Shown here piece by piece: positions 47,291-59,451 of a stretch of 64,000 nt of DNA. Every line of letters starts with the position of its first letter. Position 1 is the first letter of the stretch. Under the pieces are notes generated by a model. It saw nothing but the letters and a program-made list of their open reading frames with translations, ran no database searches and was not told the DNA's origin. This DNA comes from Podarcis erhardii (lineage: Eukaryota): NCBI GenBank assembly GCA_964252035.1, contig OZ176205.1. One strand, given 5' to 3'. The position numbers and the translations under genes are program-made.

Positions 47291-47527
47291 GTACAATCCA
47301 GATGAATGCACCGAGGCCATTGATGAATAGTGAAGATTTGCACATCAGCTCTGGGGGCTTCAGCAGAATAGCTGCTGGAAGTGCTTTCACCATATCTGGA
47401 GTTCCCACTGGCCCCTATAAGGATGTGTTCCCACCATGCAAAATTACTGATTTGGATGCCAGAACAGAAGAGGACAAAATTGTTTTAACCTGGACAGCTC
47501 CAGGGGATGACTTTGACCAGGGACAAG
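47291..47527 (+). CDS. CLCA2: CLCA2 exon 13 (FnIII-like; FPPCKITDL...WTAPGDDFDQG)
   Basis: 237 nt, phase 1-1. Confidence 0.95.
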
Positions 47528-47618
47528 GTAGGTTCAGTGCTTCTTATTTTCTTTGCTAATAAAAACTGTTTAAAAGTAGGGTGTTTTGAAAAAACCAACA
47601 ACCCCAAACAACCACCAC

Positions 47619-47754
47619 CAGTGTTTCCCAAACTTGGGTCTCCAGCGGCTTTTGGACTACAACTCCCATCATCCATAGCTAGCAAGACCAGTGGTCAGGG
47701 ATGGTGGGAACTGTAGTCTGAACACAGCTGGAGACCCAAGTTTGGGAAACCCTG
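47619..47754. mobile_element. Palindromic hAT-type MITE
   Basis: CAGTGTTTCCCAAAC...GTTTGGGAAACCCTG. Confidence 0.8.
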
Positions 47755-48156
47755 TTTTAAACTATGTTGATAAAATCTGCAAGCAAATCCATATTGGATG
47801 TGCACTGAGCTTTGGATATATATACTTTTGAGACCCATAAATATAAGTAAAACAGAATTCCAATTCAAAATGACCCTCTGCACATCTCTGCTGTAACTTG
47901 GACTCTGGAAATCCTATTTGTAGAGGGAAACCGGAAACCAAATAATTCCTTCCTTGTTTGTTCCTTCTTAAATATCATCATAGCAAGTATTGGTGGTGAT
48001 CCTCTCTTAGTTAAACCTGCTCTTTACTGTAGTAGTTTTGCCCCAGTAGTCTCAGTTTGTGGATCAGTTGCTCTGCATGCTTTTATACACTTGTCTAGTT
48101 CTGCTGCCCATGGATAACAGAGATGTCTTGTGTGCTTTTGGCAGAGAAGAACATTT

Positions 48157-48555
48157 AGAATCATAGAATCATAGAGTTGGAAGGGACCCTGATGATCATC
48201 TAGTCCAGGGGTAGGCAACCTAAGGTCCATGGGCCCAATGTGGCCCAATCGCCTTCTCAATCCGGCCCAGACACTCCAGGGATCGGCGTGTTTTTACATG
48301 ACTTGAATGTGTCCTTTTATTTAAAATGCATCTCTGGGTTATTTGTGGGGCATAGGAATTGGTTCATTTTTTTCTTCAAAATATAGTCCGGCCCCCCACA
48401 AGGTCTGAGGGATGGTGGACTGGCCCACAGCTGAAAAAGGTTGCTGACCCCTGATCTAGTCCCACCCCCTGCAATGCAGGAATATGCAACTGTTCCGTAC
48501 GGGGATCAAACCTGCAACCTTAACGTTATCGGCACCATGCTCAACTGAGCTATCC
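48157..48555 (-). mobile_element. tRNA-headed, CR1-tailed SINE with a nested hAT MITE (48206-48453)
   Basis: 8-bp TSD ATCTAGTC at 48198-48205 and 48454-48461; the SINE resumes after the MITE. Confidence 0.8.
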
Positions 48556-49100
48556 AGATAGGAATGCCTTGCTGATGTACCCAGAATGGCTCTATCCATG
48601 TACAAGAAGGGAGATATCAACAGGCTTGAGAAAACCCCAACATTTGCAGATATTATTATTATTATTATTATTATTATTAAAAAAATATTTTTGGTGGAAA
48701 CCCCAAAACAAACTTTTAAGGACTGAGTAATCCAACAGTTTGTGGGGGCTCCAGAGGGAAAGAGGGTAGCAACACAGTATAATTTTTTTTGCAGGGCCCA
48801 CTTACCCGCATGTTAATTCTGACGCAAATTTGTATCTGTCTCTGAGTGCTGACAATGGTAAAAATGCCCGTGGTGTCCTATTGTGTCCTTAGACTGAAAC
48901 CGTTGTTTTTTGCTAATTATATCCTGTTTGGTAGTATTGTCTGTTTATTTTGGTTGGCTAAGGCTGCAATTCTGTGAGCACTTTCTTATAAATAGGCAAT
49001 AGCTTGGGGTGTAAAGTGTTGAATCCTGTTACTTCCAGGCAACTGCAGGAAAAAACCAACACTTTATAGCCTTTTGTTATCTTGTTTTTTTTCCCTCCAG

Positions 49101-49528
49101 CTGCAAGATACGAAGTGAGAATAAGCCAAAGTTCTCTGGAACTGAGGGAAGAATTTGAAAACGCTGTACCCATAAATACCTCCAGCTTGGCACCTCAGCC
49201 TGCAGGTTCCAAGGAAATGTTTGTGTTTAAACCAGAAGCCTCGGCAAACATCACCCTAATTTACATGGGCGTCCGCACAGTGGATAAGTCTTTCTTGTAC
49301 TCTGACCTCTCCAACATAGCCCAAGCACTTATTATTCCTGGGAAGGCTATTCACATTGCTCCTGCCAAGTACGGTGCCTTAGCAGTCGTTCTGACAACAT
49401 GTGGGCTGCTGTTATTGGTTGCTTCTTGCCTTATTGTAAGCACCGTTCTATGGACTTCGAAGAAAAAGAAGAAAGTAGCAATTGATGAAGCCATACTATC
49501 ACATTCAGATTCAGCATTGGCAGTTTAA
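49101..49528 (+). CDS. CLCA2: CLCA2 exon 14 (TM helix, polybasic KKKKK, stop)
   Basis: 428 nt; hydrophobic ALAVVLTTCGLLLLVASCLIVSTVLW followed by TSKKKKK; TAA ends at 49528. Confidence 0.92.
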
Positions 49529-49549
49529 GCGTTTTCTTCTTTTGAAGTT

Positions 49550-49975
49550 TAGTTGTTGTTTAGTCATGTCCGACTCTTTGTGACCCCATGGACCAGAGCA
49601 CGCCGGGCACTCCTGTCTTCCACTGCCTCCCGCAGTTTGGTCAAACTCATGTTCGTAGCTTCGAGAACACTGTCCAACCATCTCGTCCTCTGTCTTTCCC
49701 AACATCAGGGTCTTTTCCAAGGAGTCTTCTGTTCTCATGAGGTGGCCAAAGTATTGGAGCCTCAGCTTCAGGATCTGTCCTTCCAGTGAGCACTCAGGGC
49801 TGATTTCCTTAAGAATGGAGAGGTTTGATCTTCTTGCAGTCCATGGGACTCTCAAGAGTCTCCTCCAGCACCATAATTCAAAAGCATCAATTCTTCGGCA
49901 ATCAGCCTTCTTTATGGGCCAGCTCTCAGTTCCATACATCACTCCTGGGAAAACCATAGCTTTAACTATACAAAT
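49550..49975 (-). mobile_element. BovB/RTE-clade LINE 3' fragment
   Basis: ORF 49511..49957 (ESWPIKKAD.RRIDAFELWCWRRLLRVPWTARRSN.SIL) is characteristic of the BovB ORF C-terminus; (CAA)-type tail. Confidence 0.9.
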
Positions 49976-50079
49976 ATAACATAACCAGGAAAGAGATCTT
50001 GGGATTATGGTGGGTCGCTCGATGAAAACGTTGACCCAGTGTGTGGCAGCAGTGAGGGGAAAGGAGAAATCTATGTTTA

Positions 50080-50660
50080 GTGATAATTAGGGACTGAAAT
50101 GAGTGCTCACGCCTGCCTTTGTGGAAGCCCTCTGCGGGACCGCATGCAACACCTTGGGCCACGTGGGACCCACCAGCTGGTTGGGCTGGCCTGCCTCCCT
50201 GTGTTAGTCATTGAAGGTTCCCGCCAAACCTCAGTTAGCCAATCAGTTCCACGGGGAGGTGGAGCCAGTTGCTTAAATAGGAGGCGGAGCCAGCAGCAAC
50301 CATGCGGTTGGCTCCAGAGCTTCAGGGTCCCCTCTTAAAGGGGTTTGTAAAATGGGAGTCACTGGCCATACACTGAAAGGTTGTCAGTGAACTCCCCTAC
50401 GTTGTGGGGATATGGGGTGGGCTGCCTGCGTACACAAGCATCTTGCTGTACACCCTCCCATGTCCCATTCACCCTGAGGAGCCCCAGTTCCTCTGGCTGG
50501 GGGGCTGGGAGGGATACATGCTCAATGCCTAAGCCAATGCCTTCCTACATCTGAAAGGTTTAATAAAGTTGTCGCCAATTTTTAATTCCATAACACGTTG
50601 TCACAAGTCATTATTCATTCTGGTGGTCTCTCGGGGCTGGGGGATCTCTGCCTGGGCACG
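50080..50660 (+). mobile_element. LTR-like element downstream of CLCA2
   Basis: CCAAT, TATA-like CTTAAATAGG and AATAAA (about 50563) in LTR-like order; ends not resolved. Confidence 0.4.
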
Positions 50661-52370
50661 CAAATAAAATCGCTGATATGATATTTATAGAATTCTATGA
50701 TGTGAACGCACTTGGGATACGGTACACTGTTCTGGATGCCAAAAAGTAAACGTTAGAGTTGGAAAAGGTTTGGAAAAAGGCAAGCCAAATGAAGCTGGGT
50801 CAACTCTCCTATGAGGAAAGGTTTTAATATTTTGCATCTTCACTCAGGAGACAGGGCAGCTTGCTGCTGAATAACTGGGGACCATGAGCAAGACAGTGCT
50901 GCTGTTCTCATTTTCTGCTTGTCATCTTCCCATTGGCATCTGGTTGGCCATTGTGAGAAAAGAATGCAGAATTATATAGGCCTTTGGTCTGATCCAGCCA
51001 ATCTATTTTTGCGTTCTTTTACATCCATTTCTTAACTATGGAGGAAGAAGGGAAATATATGTTCCCTTTTACTGTCTTGTAGAACCAGAACGTGGAACCC
51101 CCCGCCCCGAAATTTAACTCAGCAAAGCTGAAGAAGGTTTGTAATTTCAAATTTGGCTCTAATTTTTATGAAGTTGCTTTCCCCATCCTAATGATATATT
51201 AAGCCAGTTCATCTCTTTCTCGCCCTGCCCCCCCCCTGTAATTTTCTTGGTTAGAAAGTTAAAAGGAAAGGGTGTGGGTTTCTTGTGAATTCAAAACCTC
51301 ACTGCAGCCCACAAAGCAGCACCATCCTCTGGCAAGCTTGCCCCCAAAGCAACTAGAGAAGGGGCTGCCCTCTCATTCCACAGGGTGTGGCGAGGCCAAA
51401 TGCAGGGTACTGCAGAAGCCACAAGAAGTTGAACTCCCAAACCTGCCTGGCCTACGTTTATCACTGCAGACATTGTTAGAGTCACAGAACAGGTAATACG
51501 AGGCCCCCTTTCTAAGACTAGCCAATAGCTCGCAGGCCACTCTCCTCCAGAAGACGTTGTCTCAAGAAAAACCACATTGCATCCCTCGGCAGCACGGACT
51601 CCTATGGCTGCAGCGAGCAGAGCAGTCTTAAGCATATCCGACACCGTGGGTCAAAGATCCCTCTGGTGCCCCCCCCCCATTTCCCAGACCACCCTGGCGC
51701 AATGCGCCAGCAAGCCCAATAGAAAAGACGGCTCTGGCAGCGAGTGATTCCCCCTCCAACTGTGCTGTCTTGAGGGACACAAGATCTGCAGTGCTCATTT
51801 CTCCTCTAGATTTCTGCTCCGTCAAGGCTGGCAAATTGCCCTTGAATTTCAAACCAGAGCTCAGCTCACCTTAGGGAAGGTCAGAATGGGGGTGGGGTGG
51901 GGTGCGCTTGAAGCAGAGACAAGCATGTTAGTTTGCTTCCTCTAGGAAAAAATGTCCATAAATCATGTAGCTGTCACATCAAGATAAATGGAACAAGGGT
52001 AGGGTCCTATGTGGGAGACAGATTCCTGGACTTTCAGCAGATGCATTAATGATTGTCCAGAGCAGACAGATACCTGCCTTCCTACAAAGGGGGAGAATGT
52101 GAGCACAGATCTGTTGCTTTGTCCCCTTCACTGCTCTGACACCTTTTTCTGGAGAATAGCAGGCCTGCCAGGATTTGTTTCTTAGAGGTTTTCCTGCTTT
52201 GCTGCCCCACTGCACAGCTGTATCTCTCCAATCCTCTGAGCAGGTGGGTAAGCAAGTTCATTTCTTAGCTCTTCTACTCTTGCTAGCTGGTGAATAATGA
52301 GATCCAAAAAGCACTTAGGCAAAGCAGTTCGAGTTTCTGTCTATCATCAAATGAGCCTCAAAAGATGGGG

Positions 52371-52371
<1 letters not shown>

Positions 52372-52405
<34 letters not shown>

Positions 52406-52420
52406 GTTGTTGTTGTTGTT
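52372..52420. repeat. Compound (GT)n(GTT)n microsatellite
   Basis: Directly visible. Confidence 0.95.
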
Positions 52421-53763
52421 TTGGTGATGTTCACATTTTAGGGCCAACCTACATGTCATGATAAAGATGCTTTTACAAAAGTGAGCTTCAATGGACTGTT
52501 TTTATTTTTAAGGATGCAGCTGTGTGAAGTTCTGATCCAGGGACTCAGCTACACTCAGTCAGTTGTATCGTTGTAACTCCGTTGTAAAGATGCAACTCCA
52601 GATGGGGCTGTAGAGCACAAAATTTGTTTGTGCAATTTTACATAGGGTTGTTTTTTCCTTTTGTTATAACAATCTAATTTATGACTTCTTTATAGTGTTT
52701 TCCCCCCTGTGTGTAGATCCTGCCCAGGTCACAACTGTGATACAGATTGTGGCCTTCCACGAGTTTTTCACCAAATATCCCACCCTTTGGTTGGGTGTCT
52801 GAAGGTGCTGTCAGGTGCTGAAGGGAGGATTTGGGGCAATAAGGTGGAACAAGGCCCCGCATGCCTTCCCCTTCAAAATTTGTTAAGCTGCTGTTTAAAT
52901 TGCTGTTGAACGGCAGGTAATAACAATTAATAACATTTGTTGTGATTAATAAAAAGTGAGATTAATTAAAGATTCTTTAAAAGCATTACTGAGTTCATAA
53001 TACAATTTTGTGTGTGTGTCATTGTGTATTTTCTTAAGTAATGGAGCCTAGAATTACAACAATTAGCCTGTGAGAGTCCCTATTTTTTTGAGGCAACAAA
53101 GGGGAACCCCATACTTGTAAATGTGGGGAATGTATGCATTTTGTGCATATTTCTTAGCTGGAGAACTGTCTTGCAAAATTCCGAAAAGTGTGAATTTCAC
53201 AGGATAGCCAAGTTATGGTTCACTTACTATTTCGTAAAGTGCAAATTAGGTAACATTACATTTAAATATGATCTGAACTGAATTTCTCCCACAGTAGGAC
53301 ACAAGTTTTTGCTTGTCTCCATCCAAGTGGATGTTGATTTTTTTTTTCCTTATTCACTTTGGTTATACACATGAATAATATAACTTATACCTGGTCTCGT
53401 TGCTCTGGAACTGAGATGTGATGTTGGAGCAGCAGTGAGCAATTCAGTGTGGCACCACAGCACCATGCAAGTGATATTTCAGGGCACAGAGGGGTGGGCA
53501 GCATTGGGGCTGAGTGTGGCCCCATAGTGCAGAATCCTAAGCATCAGAGGAGTACTTCTCATCCTCTAGCACCAGTGCATAGCAGTATTTGCAGAAGGAA
53601 GGCTGGAGCTTAGAAAAGACGATTCAGTGCTGGAAAATTCTTCACCATATGCAGCATTCTAAATGTTATCATCCAAGACCACAGAATAGATTTCCCTATT
53701 TTATTGTTGTAATTTTTTTTTACTTGTTTTACCTTTCAATCTTAAAAAAACAAAATGCTTATA

Positions 53764-53930
53764 CAGTGAGGGGGCAAAGTATTTGATCTCCTGCTAAACT
53801 TGCCCGTTTGCCCTCTGACGAAGAAATGTCCAGTCCATAATTTTAATAGTAGGTTTATTGTAGCTGTGAGAGACAGAATAACAACAGGAAAACCCCCAGA
53901 AACCCAGAAGACAAAAGTCAGAGATTGATT
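53764..53930 (+). mobile_element. Tc1-like DNA transposon terminal fragment
   Basis: TA|CAGTGAGGGGGCAAAGTATTTGATC resembles vertebrate Tc1 TIR starts; no partner end found. Confidence 0.65.
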
Positions 53931-54596
53931 GAAGTTACTTAAAATGGGGGGGGGGGGGGAATCCCCTAATATAACAAATAGATTGTGGATTCTACCAAAC
54001 TTGGGAACTTTCCAAGAATTTGGGCATCCACTTCCCTCTCTTTTAATGGGGCTGTGGATGGGATAAATTTCATTTCTCTTGAAACAAATATGCTTTGTTT
54101 CTTAACCTAACAGGACATTCTATGGGATGAACATCTCACAGAACTCTGAAAAGGAACAAAGATCCTTATTTAAACAAAGATCCTATGTTTCCCCAGCACA
54201 GGCTCAAATGGATCAAAGAGAAAAGTTATCTACTTATCTTGTTTATTTGCAAAAATGGAAGGCGGTGGGGAAGGGGACAGGAAGGAAACCAGAATTTTTC
54301 TAATGGTCCATTTGGTGCCATTGTTAGCATTCTCCCCTGTCTAGATGCCCTCATCACCAGGAAGGATATAGGGCTTGTCTCAGTGCTTATCTCAAAGTTC
54401 TATGGCAGGAAGAATGACCCTCTGTAAAGAAGAATGCTTGGTCAGCATCTTTTTACCTTCCATGGCCTTTAGCGCAGGGCTAGAGCATCGTTATGGCTTC
54501 CTGAAAGCATACTCTGGCTTGCACAATGCATTTGTTATACTGGTTCTTTTATTTCTGTACAGCACCTCACAACCCATCAAAGAAGTCGAAAAAGTA

Positions 54597-55080
54597 CAGT
54601 GGTACCTTGCTTCTCAAACTTAATCCGTTCCAAAACCAAAGCATTCCAAAACCAAGGCTCGCTTTCCTGTAGAAAGTAATGCAAAATGGATTAATCTGTC
54701 CCAGATTTTTAAAAGCAACCCCTAAAACAGCAATTTAACATGGATTTTACTATCTAATGGGACCACTATTCCATAACATGAAAGCAATAAGCAATGTACT
54801 GCAGTCACACAATCAATCAGTCAGTAGCTGAACTGGGTTCCATACAGTCACAAAAACAAAACAAAAAAGCTGCAAAAACAAAAGCACAAAATAAATAGAC
54901 AGACCTCAGTGTAACACTCAAAACGGCAGTGTGGCACTCAAATTGGAAGCTTAACACTCCAAATGGAGCACATTCGGCTTCCGAAAAAGTTCGCTAACCG
55001 GAACACTTACTTCCGGGTTTGCAGTGTTTGGGTTCCAAGTTGTTTGAGTACCAAGCCATTTGAGAACCAAGGTACCACTC
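54597..55080. mobile_element. Tigger/pogo-like MITE (long form)
   Basis: TA-flanked TIRs; ends match 17634-17885. Confidence 0.8.
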
Positions 55081-55732
55081 TACACAATTAACAGTAGCTT
55101 TTCCCCAAATGGCCAGCATCAGCACATAGAAGGGATGTGGTTCTGCACAGGAGTTTTAGCCCATTTCTACCAGGAATTGAATGGGAGTTGTGTTTTAACC
55201 CTGCGTGTGTAAGAGAGGGCTCATATTCAACACTTCCATTTCTCCAGGGAAACCAGGTCTTTATTGCTGAATCGGAGCAAACATCAACCAGGTTTTCTGC
55301 TGATTGACAGTTGCTCCATGTCCTGAACCCCTGGACTACCTCTCAGCAAATCAGTATGGCAAGTGCAAAGTCCAAAGTCCGGGGCTCAAGCCACACAAGC
55401 GAAGTCCAAAGGTCAGGAAACACAGTCCAAGGCCAATCCAAGTAGCCAAGTCTGAAGTCCAGCAATCAGAATACAGTCCAAAGTCAATACTGAAGCACAG
55501 TCCCATAGGGACGAGAGATATCCAAAAACGTTGAGTAGGCTGCACAAATGTAGAGAATTTTCTTCCTCAAAAACTTTTTGACAGAACCAGAGGCCTTTTC
55601 ACTGAGGACCTCCTCTTAAATGCTAGGCTGGTGCGTTGAAGTTGCTCAGCAACTGGGAGGGACCCAAAGGGAATGGGCTGCTTTTGCCAGGCTTTTCTTC
55701 AAGCATGTTTGCTCTACTCCCTTTTCCTCATA

Positions 55733-55950
55733 AGGTAAAGGACTCCTGGATGGTTAAGTCCAGTCAAAGGAGACTATGGGGTGCAGCACTCATCTCGCTT
55801 CAGGCTGAGGGAGCCGGTGTTTGTCCGCAGACAGCTTTCCAGGTCATGTGACCAGCATGACTAATCTGCTCTTGTCACAACGGGATACTGTGATGGAAGC
55901 CACGGAAACGCCATTTAGCTTCCCACCACAACAGTACCTATTTATCTACT
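55733..55950 (-). mobile_element. Sauria-type SINE 3' part
   Basis: AAGGTAAAGG tail plus reverse-complement body. Confidence 0.78.
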
Positions 55951-58443
55951 TTCACTGGTTCAACAAAGTCTTCTTTAGAGTAGACCCATTGAGATTTGGG
56001 TCAACACGGAGTAGCACTAAACTTGAGTACAACTCATGACCTCTTAATTAATAAAACAAATCAACAAACACGAAAGGGAACAAACCTCTCTTCCACTTGA
56101 TTTACAGGAAATAGTTTTCACACACACCCATGAGGTCTTCCAAATGTTTTCCCACTATTGTTTGTAATACACATATAAACACGCTCTGAAAAGACAATGT
56201 CTTATTCAAAACAAGCCTTTTGAAGGTTAGATGGGGTGCTTGGATTGTGGCTTGTGTCCAATTTAGGGTTAAGTAAGTCTGTCATCAGGGCAAGGATTTT
56301 TAACAATGGGACTTTCCCTCCTCTTGTTCCCCTCTACTCTGCCCCCTAAATCTGTTCTGGGGGTCCCCCAATCCTCTACTGCAGATTTCAGCATGTGTGT
56401 GTGTGTGTGGCAATTGTGCAAGCGGAAATCCTTGTGCTGATAGGACAAGAGAGTTGGATACCAACCTATCTGATTGCTGACACATGTGTGAGAGAGGACA
56501 GAAAGACAAATGAGGAAGACAGAAAGACACACAAACGTTGTGACTTTATGTGCATCTCCCCCAATCAATGATATTTCATGCATAATTCCATAGTGACAAA
56601 TGTGCCATTTGTAAGCTTCCTCACATAATATTTTGTGTTTTAGCTAATATTATTGAACTCTAATTAACATTAAACTATGTTAACTGCCTTGATCTTCCTT
56701 ACAGAAATAGTCAAGAAGTATGTCACCTGTAGTTAAAATGCTTTCTTGTTAGTCTGCTTTAAAATCTGTGACCTATTCCCACCCTTCCCCAAATGTATGG
56801 CAATATACATAAATAACTAATGTTTCATGGACAAGTGTCAAATTTACGGCAATGTTTATTGGAAACTGGGGGAAAGGTTTTTCCAGCAAATGGCTTGTGA
56901 CCAATGTAACATGACCAATGTACCACATGAAAATTCATTAATAGATACCCACAAATAAATACCTCCCAAGCAAGACCCTATACTGTGCATTCGCAAGTTG
57001 CTGCTCAGCATCAAGTTTATGTGGGAAGCCATAAGACGCTAACTAGGCTTTGGGAAGGAGGTGGGAGAAGACTCTGGGACCTTGCCAGAGCCCTCTTGCC
57101 TCCTTCTCAAAACCCAGCACCTCACTTACCCGGGTTTGGGAAGGCAGCGTGAGGGCTATGGGGGGGGTCATTAAATGACAAGTCCCACCCCAAAAGGCAT
57201 TGAGGGCAGCTTGTTGGACCACGCTGTCCCAGATTATGTCAGCGGCAAGGCAGGTACAGGGTTCATTAATTGCTTCTACTGTATAACGCTGTCCACCTAC
57301 TCTTGGGGTTTGAACTTTCTTCCGTACCTTGAGTGGGCATTACTCATACTTGCAGGTGGCTCTGGAGAGTCATGTGATGAAAGTCCTTCTGCCTGTGGCT
57401 CTTGTGCCTTTTTCTTTCTTTCCCTAGCTATTGGGTGGCCTTCCTGGGGTGTCCAAATTGGCCATGGTTTCATTCATCTTAGCGTCTTCCTTTATCTCGT
57501 CTCTTGCTTCAGCAAGAGTTTGCTTTAGTGACCACCCACTTTCTATTGACACACCATATAACCTGGACCATCCTAAAGTCTCTGCAACCATTCCAGGGTG
57601 GCCATTTCCCATCTTGGCTTTGTACCATTATGTTTGAATTTCTGGGTCCATAGTATTTTGGCTCTTTCATCCTAGTAGGACTTCTGTTTTAATTTTCCAT
57701 TGTTCCAGCTTTGTTTTACTTGGCGGTGATCTCTTGCTCTTGGCTTCAGGATGGAGTTCACAGCAGGTACCTGGATTTCAGCCTTTTGCTCATAAGGATC
57801 ATTATTCCATGGGTGCGTTGCAGTAGTTCAGTTACAGATTTGCAGCTTGTGGGTGTGGTAGTCCCTCGCGACTGTTTTGATCCTGCCTAAAGCCATTTCT
57901 GTAACTCATCGTATTGCCAGGATACTTTCTAATCATGTGGGACCTTACTCCAGAACAACAAAAAATGGATTAGCTGTTGGCTATCAAGTGAATTGTGTTA
58001 AGAGGGTGCTGAGTGATATGGAGTAAAATGTTGGCTAATGATATAGCAAAAAACTTTATATCAAGGTTGGCCAGTTAACTATCTATCTTGAGGTAAGAGA
58101 CAGTGCCAGGAAAAATGTGTGGCATGGTAATAGTAGGAAGACAAGGGTTGATTGTCAATGTATTGACTTGGTAATGGATTGGATGAGAGCCAATAAATTG
58201 AAGCTCAGTCCAGATTAAGGCACTGTTAGTGGTTGGTTCATCATCTGTATCTTCCCATAGTTGTCCAGCATTGTCCAGAACTTGGTCTCACCAGCTGCAG
58301 GTCTGGGAAGGTAGAACTCAGGTGGCAACAGAGGCTCTGGCTCCATCTGCATTTGGGCTCCCTGTTTTGTGCCCTCCGAGTCCCATTGGGCACTGGTCAC
58401 CACTGGTTTGACCCCTGCTATATTTCTGGTTCTCGGCTCGCCA

Positions 58444-58590
58444 TCAAGAATAGCTCGGTCGGTAAAGCACAAGACTCTTAATCTCAAGGTCATGGGTTCA
58501 AGCCCCATGTTGGACAAAAAGATTCCTGCATTGGAGGCAGTTGGACTCGATGGTTCTCATGGTCCCTTAGCCAACTCTACAATTCTGTGA
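58444..58590 (+). mobile_element. tRNA-Lys(CUU)-derived SINE with CR1-like tail (Squam3-like)
   Basis: Head resembles tRNA-Lys-CUU (TAGCTC.GTCGGTA.AGCA..AGACTCTTAATCTC) but with broken stems, and runs into a CR1-type 3' end. Confidence 0.75.
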
Positions 58591-58823
58591 CCCCTGCTTT
58601 ATTTTTGGTGCACAACCCCCATCTGCAAAAGAGGGTACAGTTTTGCACGAGATGTAAAGTCTTCTCAAATTTTATGCAGATTTGTGTCTTCTTTGGCAGG
58701 TGCAGAAGAAGGCCGAATATATGGTATACCCCACCCTTTTGGCACCTCTGGGCACCAAATAAGACAAAGCTAGGAAAATATCACTTGGATTAAGGTGAAG
58801 TTTTTCTTTTCAGGGTGTCTAGC

Positions 58824-58830
58824 TATAAAA
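58824..58830 (+). promoter_or_regulatory. Candidate TATA box for the second CLCA gene
   Basis: TATAAAA about 470 nt upstream of the ATG; an acceptor-like tttctgtaag about 30 nt before the ATG hints at a non-coding first exon. Confidence 0.3.
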
Positions 58831-59298
58831 GCAACCTAGAAGTTCCAGACTGCTGCTATTATTGACTCTAGTTTCGATTTCTTTAGAAATGCTTGCAATG
58901 TATTAGTGGTAACCGGCAACGATAGAGTTAAACTTTGTATTCGACGATTTCTTTTGTTATGAGTTGGAGCATTCTACCCCTTAGTTTATTCTTGTGGATG
59001 CTTTCGCTTTCCTAGGTAGTTGTGTTTGCCTGTACATCAGCAAACACCCTTGAGTTCTGAGCCTCCAAAGTGAGCATCCATACCTTTTGTTAAATAGGAA
59101 GTTAAAAGTATTTATGTACAAGGATTTGAACAAGGAAACACCAGGTTGGGGGTTATTTCCAGAATTCTTTGTCCTTTCAAAACAGGTTTGTTTGGTTTTT
59201 TTCTGTCTCTCTATCCCTGCCAAAGCTCTTGCATTAACAAGCCTCTCTGCTGTTATTTATTTCTGTAAGGTTGAAATAAATAAGTGCCACAAGGAAGG

Positions 59299-59451
59299 AT
59301 GGCACTTAACCACTGGCTGCTGCTGCTGCTGCAAGTGCTGCATGAAGTGACAGGTACCAGGGTAAAACTCAACATGGGCGGTTTTGAAGACGTCGTCATC
59401 GCAATCAATCCCCAGATCCCAGAAGACAACAAAATGGTGGATGCCATCAAG
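59299..59451 (+). CDS. Second CLCA paralogue (CLCA1/CLCA4-like), coding exon 1
   Basis: MALNHWLLLLLQVLHEVTG signal peptide, FEDVVIAINPQIPED; 153 nt, AAG|GTAAGA. Confidence 0.9.

Noticed and set aside
51291-51852. Paired minus-strand ORFs (117 and 74 aa) with a mostly open antisense frame
   Set aside because: No recognisable homology, no convincing splice context, and stops in the plus frame; this length is reachable by chance in GC-moderate DNA.
58444-58515. tRNA-Lys gene
   Set aside because: The acceptor and arm pairings are broken and the sequence continues into a CR1-like tail, so it is a SINE head.
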